DNA of 64,000 bases, from contig CAZVDM010000001.1 of the NCBI GenBank assembly GCA_964625555.1, positions 13,573-77,572 on the forward strand. Direction: 5' to 3'. Below the pieces are notes generated by a model that ran no database searches, had not been told where the DNA came from, and worked only from the letters and a program-made list of their open reading frames with translations. Positions 56,518 to 64,000 of this stretch are shown piece after piece. The translations under genes and the position numbers were made by a program. Origin of the DNA: an uncultured Chloracidobacterium sp. (GTDB lineage: Bacteria > Acidobacteriota > Blastocatellia > Pyrinomonadales > Pyrinomonadaceae). Within the stretch, counting starts at the first letter, position 1. Each line of letters begins with the position of its first letter.

Positions 56518-56580
56518 GCACAGATATACACGGATTTTGGATTGATTTTATCTGTGCTAATCTGTGTGCATCCGTGGTGC
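56518..56580. repeat. Hairpin of inverted ~9-mer arrays (ATCYGTG units)
   Basis: AGCACAGATA TACACGGAT ... ATCTGTGCT AATCTGTGTGC ATCCGTGGTG. It overlaps the GTG at 56574, which favours the ATG at 56589 as the kdsA start. Confidence 0.65.
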
Positions 56581-56588
56581 CCTTCGAT

Positions 56589-57404
56589 ATGCAAGTATTT
56601 GATGTAAGTAAAGTGAGATTCGGCGACGGCCGCTTGTCGTTCATTCTGGGCCCTTGCGTCGTCGAGTCGGCCAAGCACGCAATGTTTATGGCGCAGGAGA
56701 TAAAGGATATATGCGCCAATGTCGGCGTCGATTTTGTGTACAAATCATCGTTTGACAAAGCAAATCGAAGCTCGATCGAGAGTTTTCGGGGGCAGGGAAT
56801 GGAGTTTGGTCTCGAGGTCTTGGCTCAGGTGAAGAGCGAAGTCGACGTGCCTGTGATCACAGACGTTCACGAACCGTGGCAATGTGAAAAGGCCGCCGAG
56901 GTCGCGGATATGCTGCAGATCCCGGCGTTTTTGTGCCGTCAGACAGATCTGCTCGTTGCCGCGGCGAAGACCGGCAAAGCGGTGAATGTTAAGAAAGGCC
57001 AATTTCTCGCTCCGTGGGATTGTAAGAATATAGTCGATAAATTGAGCGAAGCCGGATGTGAGAAGATATTGCTTACCGAACGCGGAGCGAGTTTCGGCTA
57101 CAATAATCTCGTTGTCGATCTGCGATCGTTCCCGATAATGCGTGAGTTTGGCGTGCCCGTTGTATTTGACGTGACGCATTCGCTGCAGTTGCCGGGTGGA
57201 CTTGGCAAGGCAACGGACGGGCAGGGGCAATACATCGAAAACTTTGCTCGCGCCGGTGTTGCATGCGGTGTTGATGCTGTTTTCATGGAGGTCCACGACA
57301 ACCCCGCGAAAGCTCCTAGCGATGGGCCGAACCAATTGCCCCTCAGCCGGTTGGAAAAGCTTTTGACCAAACTCCGTGAGATCCATTCGATCGTAAACTC
57401 GTGA
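56589..57404 (+). CDS. kdsA: 3-deoxy-8-phosphooctulonate synthase
   Basis: [34 protein letters not shown] and FDVTHSLQ motifs. Confidence 0.9.
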   Translation: MQVFDVSKVRFGDGRLSFILGPCVVESAKHAMFMAQEIKDICANVGVDFVYKSSFDKANRSSIESFRGQGMEFGLEVLAQVKSEVDVPVITDVHEPWQCEKAAEVADMLQIPAFLCRQTDLLVAAAKTGKAVNVKKGQFLAPWDCKNIVDKLSEAGCEKILLTERGASFGYNNLVVDLRSFPIMREFGVPVVFDVTHSLQLPGGLGKATDGQGQYIENFARAGVACGVDAVFMEVHDNPAKAPSDGPNQLPLSRLEKLLTKLREIHSIVNS

Positions 57405-57409
57405 TCACA

Positions 57410-59668
57410 ATGAAGAAACTTCGCTTAACTATTTGTCTCGTTATCGTCTTACTATTGACTTCCGCGCTTGTTGCGCAGGACGAGACGCGTTCTGCCGCAA
57501 CCTGGCGAGTGCAAAAGTACGACATCGAGGCAACGTTGCCGGCTTCGGAACGTGAGCGCGTATTGACCTCTAGAGCATCGTTGGAATTGATGAACGTATC
57601 GAGCAGACCGGCTACGACGCTGACGCTCAGGATCGGTACGAATGCTGAGGTTACAGGCATCAAGATAAACGGATCGGTAGTCGAGTTTTCCAAGAGCGAA
57701 GAAAAGATAAATGCAAGTTCGAGTCTCCAGCGAAATGTGGTCCGTTTGCCTGCGGCCGCAGCGGGTTCGGTCATTACCGCTGTTGTTGAGTATAAGCTGA
57801 CTCTCAAAGACAATTCGGGTGTCAGTTCGATATCACCTGCAGGGGCTCATTTCTTGCCGCTTTCGTTTTGGTATCCGACTCCGAATAGCTGGTTTTACGG
57901 CCGAGGTGCGGACTCGGCGCCCGTCAGAATAAAGGTTATCGCGCCCGGCGGCCAGACGGCGATCGCGTCAGGAACCGAGGCGGGCGGATCATTCGATCAG
58001 AAATTAGGTTCCCAGCCATTTTTTGCGACCGGGCATTGGGATGTTTCAAATTCAAACGGCGTAGCTGTCTTCGCTCCAAAAAGCACGTCTGCCGAGGGGC
58101 TCAAACGCGCGTCGGAGATGTCGGCGATCGTCGCCGAGGCACGAGCATTCACAGTAGGATATCTGGGAAGCTCTCCTGATGTGCCGCTCCGAATTGTCGC
58201 GGTCCGGCGCGGAGCGGGATATTCGAGTGCGGGAACGATCTTGGTCGACGAAGCGGTATTTCGACGGTCAAAGGTCGATTCGCTTACGGCAATGATCCTA
58301 GCTGAATCCGCCGTTAGGACATGGATAGGAGGGTCTATCGCTGCTACAGGCGACGGTTATGGAGTCGTTCGCGAGGGGCTGACCCGCCTAATCGCGACTG
58401 AGTTTCTAGAATCCAAATTCGGCAAAGATGTCGCCGACATCGAACGATTGCGGCAGCGGACCGCTTATGCCGCGATCTCAAAACGTGATGCACCGATGAG
58501 CCGGACCTCGCCGCTTGATGATTTTTATTTTCCTGAAGTCGCGAATAAAGGTGCAATGGCCTGGCGATTGATCGCAAAACGGGTCGGGCCGGCCGAATTT
58601 TCAAGGATCCTGAAAGCAAATGCACTCGACGGTGACCTGACCGTGTCAGAACTAAGGAACGCATTCGCAGAAAACAAAGAACTTATTGACTACCTTTTTG
58701 ACCAAGTAACGGAAATGAATTTGCTGGTCGGATTGCCGCAAATCTCCGGCGGCGATGCGAAGGTCGCGCTCCGCAACACCGGAGCGATTGATGCCACTGT
58801 CACTGTTCGAGCGACCTTGCAGTCCGGCTCGCCGATTGAATCATCCACGACGTTGAAATCGCTTAGTTTTGGCGAGATCACGTTTAAGACGACAAGCAAG
58901 ATCACACGCGTCGAGATCGATACTGACAAGCTTTACCCGCAGATCGAATATTCTGACGACGTCGCACCTCGCGAATCGACCGACAGCGATCCGCTGCTAA
59001 CCGTGAAGCGAGCTTTCGACAAACAGGATTTTGGCGGTGCCGAAACGGCCGCGAAGATAATTCTCCGTGATCTGCCGCGATTTGATGAGGTCCGTACGTA
59101 CCTCGGACGGGCATTAATTGCCCAGAATAGAAATGCCGAAGCGGAAAGAGAGTTTAAGACAGTACTGGACGAAAAGTCGCCTAACGCCCGCAGCCTTGGC
59201 TGGGCAAACGTCGGTTTGGCACAAGCCGCGTCAGCTGCAAACCAAAACGATCTGGCGATACGATACGCCGAAGCTGCGATCATTGCCGATGCGGACTTCG
59301 GCGCTTCGTTTGCGGCTAGAAACTTAAGGGCCAAAGTCGTTTCCGGCGTCGCCGTCGATGCGAGCGTCAATAAATTCTTCGCGGATTTTGATCGTGCCGC
59401 CGCGTCAAACCGCAAGGCGGAACTCGACGCAATGTTTTTGGCGGGCGAGGCCACCAAGTTCGTAAGCGGTATTTCGGGTTCGACGGAACAATGGCAAACG
59501 CAGGTACGGAGTGTAGATCGCCTTGACAGCAACACAGTTCTGGTCGAGACTATGCTGAACATCAAGCTGCTGACCAAGGAACCGGAGTCAGGCACCGCAG
59601 TTTATCGGCTGATTCGAGTGGGATCCGGGTGGAAGGTCGCGGCGGTCGAGATGTTTGAGGTCAGATAG
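57410..59668 (+). CDS. Exported M1-aminopeptidase-like pseudoenzyme with TPR and NTF2-like C-terminal parts
   Basis: Signal peptide MKKLRLTICLVIVLLLTSALVAQ. GAGYSSAGTIL aligns with GAMENxGL, and ILAESAVRTWIGG aligns with HExxHxW, with both His residues lost. REGLT aligns with the third-ligand region. Confidence 0.6.
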   Translation: MKKLRLTICLVIVLLLTSALVAQDETRSAATWRVQKYDIEATLPASERERVLTSRASLELMNVSSRPATTLTLRIGTNAEVTGIKINGSVVEFSKSEEKINASSSLQRNVVRLPAAAAGSVITAVVEYKLTLKDNSGVSSISPAGAHFLPLSFWYPTPNSWFYGRGADSAPVRIKVIAPGGQTAIASGTEAGGSFDQKLGSQPFFATGHWDVSNSNGVAVFAPKSTSAEGLKRASEMSAIVAEARAFTVGYLGSSPDVPLRIVAVRRGAGYSSAGTILVDEAVFRRSKVDSLTAMILAESAVRTWIGGSIAATGDGYGVVREGLTRLIATEFLESKFGKDVADIERLRQRTAYAAISKRDAPMSRTSPLDDFYFPEVANKGAMAWRLIAKRVGPAEFSRILKANALDGDLTVSELRNAFAENKELIDYLFDQVTEMNLLVGLPQISGGDAKVALRNTGAIDATVTVRATLQSGSPIESSTTLKSLSFGEITFKTTSKITRVEIDTDKLYPQIEYSDDVAPRESTDSDPLLTVKRAFDKQDFGGAETAAKIILRDLPRFDEVRTYLGRALIAQNRNAEAEREFKTVLDEKSPNARSLGWANVGLAQAASAANQNDLAIRYAEAAIIADADFGASFAARNLRAKVVSGVAVDASVNKFFADFDRAAASNRKAELDAMFLAGEATKFVSGISGSTEQWQTQVRSVDRLDSNTVLVETMLNIKLLTKEPESGTAVYRLIRVGSGWKVAAVEMFEVR

Positions 59669-59683
59669 ACTGGAGGTGCTGAA

Positions 59684-60190
59684 ATGAATGCAAAAACACT
59701 GATATTTTTCGTGCTGTCGTTGATTCTTTTATTTAGTTCGGTCGAAGTTACTGCCCAAAAGAAACAGGCGAAGGGCAAAGTTTGTGGTGACCCGACGGTT
59801 CCCTGCAAATCTGCCGAGGACTTTCAGCCGTTCGATCTGGCTTTCAATACCGGAAAGAGTTTTGCGATATTCGAATCTGAGAGGTTTTACGGCATCGTAC
59901 TTCGAAGCGTCAAACTCAGTGATTGGGGCAATTGCGAAGCTCCCAGCTTTGCCGAATCCGAGCGGCTGCCCATCCAGGAATTGTTTCCTCATAATAAGGT
60001 CTTCGCACAAAACTGTGTCGAGACCGGTACTAACTATTATTCCGGCGTCGCCGACAAGACCGCATTCATCGGTGTGTATGCAGGCCGAACACTCGCAGAG
60101 GCGAATCTGTTCCTAAAAGCCGTGAAGGCGACCGGTAAATTCCCGGGCGTAAAGGTCCGTCAGATGTCGATCGGAATTAACGGTACCTAG
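59684..60190 (+). CDS. Secreted hypothetical protein (4 Cys)
   Basis: Has a signal peptide and GGAGG upstream. Its stop lies 1 nt before the kdsC ATG. Confidence 0.5.
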   Translation: MNAKTLIFFVLSLILLFSSVEVTAQKKQAKGKVCGDPTVPCKSAEDFQPFDLAFNTGKSFAIFESERFYGIVLRSVKLSDWGNCEAPSFAESERLPIQELFPHNKVFAQNCVETGTNYYSGVADKTAFIGVYAGRTLAEANLFLKAVKATGKFPGVKVRQMSIGINGT

Positions 60191-60191
60191 T

Positions 60192-60683
60192 ATGGAATTG
60201 CACGAACGGGCGAGCCGCGTAACTTTGCTGCTGATGGATTGCGATGGTGTTCTGACCGACGGGCGTCTCTATTTCGGGCCGACTGGCGAGGAATTAAAAG
60301 TATTTCACGCACGGGATGGTGAGGGAATTGTCGCGTGGAATAAAGCGGGCTTCAGATCTGGCATCATCTCCGGCCGAAATTCGCCGATAGTCGAAATGCG
60401 TGCCAAACAGCTTGGGATCGAATTCATTAAACAGGGCCGCAAAGACAAAGCAGTAGCTCTCGCCGAGCTCCTCGCTGAATCCGGCGCCGCGGCGGAAGAC
60501 GCCGCATTCATCGGCGACGATACGCCTGATATTCAGGTCTTCGAACGAGTCGGATTCGCCGCCGCAGTTAGCGACGCCCATGACTCGGTAAGAAAAGCCG
60601 CCCACTTCATTACTGAAACGGACGGCGGCCGCGGAGCAGTTCGCGAAGTGATCGATTTTCTCTTACACGCAAAAAACCGTTGA
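60192..60683 (+). CDS. kdsC: KDO 8-phosphate phosphatase (HAD-IIIA)
   Basis: LLLMDCDGVLTDG ... FHARDG ... FIGDDTPD motifs in 163 aa. Confidence 0.85.
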   Translation: MELHERASRVTLLLMDCDGVLTDGRLYFGPTGEELKVFHARDGEGIVAWNKAGFRSGIISGRNSPIVEMRAKQLGIEFIKQGRKDKAVALAELLAESGAAAEDAAFIGDDTPDIQVFERVGFAAAVSDAHDSVRKAAHFITETDGGRGAVREVIDFLLHAKNR

Positions 60684-60720
60684 TATCTTTACACGAATTC
60701 TGATATCATTCCCGCAATTA

Positions 60721-60795
<75 letters not shown>

Positions 60796-60817
60796 GATCA
60801 ACTTCTCAACATTACGC

Positions 60818-62359
60818 CTATGCAAAGAGTAGGCCGGATTCTGCCAGCTTTGCTAAATTTGATTCGATCATTTCGGGAAGGTTGGCCTCGAAAGCTTCTC
60901 GTTGGTCACTCGGCACATCGAACATATTTTTCATTTCGTTGAATAGTGCCTGGCGATCTCGTGTGCCGTCGAGTAACGATATCAGAGTGCGGACGGCCTC
61001 GAATTCGGGTTCGAGGTTGAGGCCGCTCAGCGTTGTGACGCTTTTCGAGCCATTCGAGACCTGCCAACGTGCGAAAGCGCTCGCGATGGGGAACTCGCTC
61101 GCCTCGATCGCAAAATCGGGCGTGTGCTGGTGAAACTTTACAAATCCGGCCCCATAGAGCTGGATAAGATATGCGGCGGTTCGTTCTGACTCAGAATCGA
61201 TCGAACTATCATCGAATTCTGAGAGCAGCTCCCGTGCCTGCCTTATTAATTCGGGAAATGGAGTCGACCTTGACCATGTATTCTTCAAATAGACCAGCGT
61301 CGCCTTTGTCAAAGGATGGTTGATCTCAAGCGAAGCCTCGTTGGGTCCAATAAACCTCAGGGGTACGGGATCGGAAAGGTTGTCAAGCGAACCCGCAGAT
61401 ACGACATGAGAGGCAACCCGAAGCCTCTTCAGTACCGAGGGCTGGGGGTTGCGAACCGGTTTGAGGCTCGTCCGGCAGATCAGTGAAGATCGGAACCGTC
61501 GGCATCTAACAAAATCGATGTATTGTTCGAGCCTGATCAGATCATCGCTGAGTGCTCCGAACATTTCCCTAGCTTCCGCGGACAGATCGTTTGTGTTCAA
61601 CGATATCGGGTCAGCCTCAGCGAGGTATTGCAGCCCGTTTTCGCTGATCTGATCGACGAATTCGTGAAAATAGAACGGTTGGTTTATATCGGCGAAATCG
61701 TCATGAAAGACGTTTTGAACCGAACGCTCTTCGATCTGACCGAGTTCGAGTTTGAGCATTGTCTGATATAAAGAGTCGCCTTCGGCTGCTTCGGCAACAA
61801 ATCGCAGGATCGATTTGCCTTGTTCGACCTTTTCGAGCGGATCTATCGTGCTTTTTGCGTGATAGCGCATCATCCCCCGAGTCATATCCCTAATATGACA
61901 GCCCGGATAGGCGTTATAACTTATGTAGCCGATTCCGTTTGGAGCTAGGCAATCTTTATATATTGCCAGTATCGAATCGCGGACAAAGTCCGGCACCCAA
62001 GAATACAATCCGTGCGCAACGATGAAATCAAATTCGCCCAACTCGACCGTTTCGAGTTCGACAACATCTTCCTTTAGAAAGCTAGTATTCGAGAGGCCAA
62101 GCGTATCGGCAGCTTGTTTGGCGTCATTGATATGGACCTCCGACAGATCAATCCCGACAAAGGTACTCTCCGGCAGTGCATATGCCATCGAGATCAGATT
62201 CGTGCCGTTCCCGCAACCAAGCTCAAGAACTCGGCATTTTTCAGGTGGCGCTGTATCAAGTCCGTAAAACGCTCCGATGGTCGCAAGGCGGTCCGGATGG
62301 GTCTGCGGGAACGTAAAACTCGGATAAGGAACCTCGTCGTAGCTAAAAGTGGTGTCCAT
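60818..62359 (-). CDS. Class I SAM-dependent methyltransferase with a C-terminal methyltransferase-regulatory domain
   Basis: Contains motif I VLELGCGNGTN. The long C-terminal extension resembles the MethyTransf_Reg architecture (from memory). Confidence 0.75.
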   Translation of the reverse strand: MDTTFSYDEVPYPSFTFPQTHPDRLATIGAFYGLDTAPPEKCRVLELGCGNGTNLISMAYALPESTFVGIDLSEVHINDAKQAADTLGLSNTSFLKEDVVELETVELGEFDFIVAHGLYSWVPDFVRDSILAIYKDCLAPNGIGYISYNAYPGCHIRDMTRGMMRYHAKSTIDPLEKVEQGKSILRFVAEAAEGDSLYQTMLKLELGQIEERSVQNVFHDDFADINQPFYFHEFVDQISENGLQYLAEADPISLNTNDLSAEAREMFGALSDDLIRLEQYIDFVRCRRFRSSLICRTSLKPVRNPQPSVLKRLRVASHVVSAGSLDNLSDPVPLRFIGPNEASLEINHPLTKATLVYLKNTWSRSTPFPELIRQARELLSEFDDSSIDSESERTAAYLIQLYGAGFVKFHQHTPDFAIEASEFPIASAFARWQVSNGSKSVTTLSGLNLEPEFEAVRTLISLLDGTRDRQALFNEMKNMFDVPSDQREAFEANLPEMIESNLAKLAESGLLFA

Positions 62360-62745
62360 ATTTTGCCAGGGTTGTAAGAGCGAAATTTGATTCAGTTATT
62401 AAATTACACCCCAACCCAAATTTGGCAAAGAAAGCAACGCGGAAATTGATGAAAGTCACTAGGAAATCGTTTCCGAATATGAGAACACTGAATTCTGATC
62501 ACATTCGATGACCGGCCAAATGTCAGATTGCTTTCGTTGAGACCGTCTCCCAGCGTCTGATCTGATCAATTTCAGCGAATTCTCCAATTGCTGGTCGACA
62601 GTGACTTCGTTCGGTCGTGAAACGTCGCTTGGCAGTCCGGGTTCCGTGTTTTGTAGTAGAATCAATACCGCCCCGACAAGGCTTAGCGTTTCTACAACAA
62701 AATATGATCGACGGTCCAGGATAATGGACCCGAACAATTCCTTTC

Positions 62746-64000
62746 ATGCAAAATTTCACGGACAGCATTACCGATCTTTGCGAGACTCAATGGTGCTGTC
62801 TGGTCTTACTGTTGTCGGCATGCTTTTTGGTCATCATACTGCCGATCTACTTTGGAGGGCTTCATTCTTCCGGGGATTTGGCGGTGTTCCTGGGCTTTGC
62901 GGAAGACTTTCGCTCGGGATTGGTTTCCGGCGACCTCTTTCCCGGGATATCCGATGGTAAAGGTGGATTTGGCGATCTCGGAATTAGATTCTATCCACCG
63001 CTCGCCCCGTTACTCACCGCCGCTATAGCACTTCTGACTCAAAACATGTATGACGCGATATGGATCTTCATCCTGGTCTGCATGTTCGTAGGTTGTTTAG
63101 GCGTTTACCTTTTTGTTAGAGACTGGGGAACTCCTGTCCAGGCTGCTTGTGCGGGAATGCTTTATGCAATAGTACCGTTTCCGTTGGCCAAAATTTATCA
63201 ATTCTCTTTGTATGCTGAATTTGCGGCCGGGTCCCTTATACCGTTTTGCTTTCTTTTCGCCTCAAGGATTTGCCGAAGGCGTCACTGGCTCGACGTCGTT
63301 TTATTTGCCGTTTCATTTTCTCTCTTAATATTGACGCATATTCCGAGCACGGTCTTTACAGCTATCGGCTTGTCCGTTTATGTCATGTTCATCATGGATT
63401 GGCGGAATATCTGGCGGATCGTGACTTCGTTAGGAGTGGCAGCGACTGCCGCTTTGCTTGCGACGTCCTTTTACTGGATCAACGTTCTCACGGAGGTCAG
63501 TTGGCTTGCCCATTACAAAGATGAATTTTCGACTGGTATGTATTCGTTTGATTCTTGGCTTTTCCCAAATTCGATCCCACCGGGGGATGTTCCCGTCTAC
63601 TATTTTCCACATTTTAGGAACATCGACGCGATGATCGTGTTAAGTGTTTTGTTGATCGTCCCGTCCGTTATTCTCTGGATGGGTAGGCGATCTTGGTCAA
63701 AGAGTGTCGGGTGGCGAATAGTGTTACCGGTCTCATTTACCGCTTTATTGGCTTTGTTCATGACGACGAGGGCGAGTTATTTTATTTGGCAAGTATTTCC
63801 GGTGCTTCAAAAGACCCAGTTTCCCTGGCGCTGGCTCACGATGGTTTCAGTCCTGTCAACGATCGCATTTGTATTGTCGCTGCCACACCTTTGGCGGGAG
63901 TTCCCGGCATTCCGGACCGTAATTGGGGTTTTCGTTGCCGGATTGGTCATGCTGATGATCGGATTCGACATTCGGCAAAGCTTTGCTCGGCCGAACATTA
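62746..64000 (+). CDS. Large polytopic membrane protein, GT-C/ArnT-like (3' end outside window)
   Basis: I translated this by hand; it is not in the track because no stop is reached. It reads MQNFTDSITDLCETQWCCLVLLLSACFLVIILPIYFGGLHSSGDLAVF...GIRFYPPLAPLL... with at least 9 TM helices. The family call is tentative. Confidence 0.55.
   Translation, partial: MQNFTDSITDLCETQWCCLVLLLSACFLVIILPIYFGGLHSSGDLAVFLGFAEDFRSGLVSGDLFPGISDGKGGFGDLGIRFYPPLAPLLTAAIALLTQNMYDAIWIFILVCMFVGCLGVYLFVRDWGTPVQAACAGMLYAIVPFPLAKIYQFSLYAEFAAGSLIPFCFLFASRICRRRHWLDVVLFAVSFSLLILTHIPSTVFTAIGLSVYVMFIMDWRNIWRIVTSLGVAATAALLATSFYWINVLTEVSWLAHYKDEFSTGMYSFDSWLFPNSIPPGDVPVYYFPHFRNIDAMIVLSVLLIVPSVILWMGRRSWSKSVGWRIVLPVSFTALLALFMTTRASYFIWQVFPVLQKTQFPWRWLTMVSVLSTIAFVLSLPHLWREFPAFRTVIGVFVAGLVMLMIGFDIRQSFARPNI

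Noticed and set aside
60796-62359. Genomic island integrated at tRNA-Gly
   Set aside because: There is no integrase or phage/ICE gene, and no repeat of the tRNA 3' end was seen within the window.
62459-62737. 92-aa minus-strand ORF in the divergent spacer
   Set aside because: It has no RBS and sits where the promoters for both flanking genes are expected. One hydrophobic stretch is not enough support.

Overview
This is a 64-kb chromosomal window densely packed with housekeeping genes. Protein architectures suggest an Acidobacteriota-like genome; this is inference only, from a CarboxypepD_reg-type TonB-dependent receptor, orphan MacB/FtsX permeases and a zinc-ribbon/DUF4190 protein. Recognisable blocks are a NatAB-like ABC exporter, glnE, a TyrR-like GAF/AAA+ regulator, the pyrimidine genes pyrC, pyrB, pyrR, pyrD, pyrG and ndk, yceD-rpmF-fabH-fabD-acpP-fabF, etfB/etfA, sucD, nuoI, the KDO genes kdsB, kdsA and kdsC, and one tRNA-Gly(CCC). 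I saw no CRISPR array, rRNA, transposase, integrase or recognisable defence gene. The most unusual signal is non-genic. It is a class of hairpin elements built from inverted arrays of 7-9 nt tandem repeats, each copy with a different unit sequence. Such arrays occur at eight intergenic spots (two of them have one arm only), and two more copies are translated in frame inside glnE and an rluA-family gene. There are also two copies of an ~87-bp REP-doublet (REPIN-like) element that abut or supply stop codons. Several normally contiguous operons are interrupted by exported proteins of unknown function: pyrB/pyrC by a TonB-dependent receptor, etfB/etfA by an FG-GAP protein, and the KDO cluster by four signal-peptide or membrane-anchored proteins including an M1 pseudopeptidase. 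Other points are an unlisted 48-aa metallothionein-like ORF, an NtrC-class regulator lacking the GAFTGA loop, a c-di-GMP receptor neighbourhood without an active cyclase, and an ImmA/IrrE-like protein with EExxH in place of HExxH. All family calls are motif recognition from memory; no search or computation was run.
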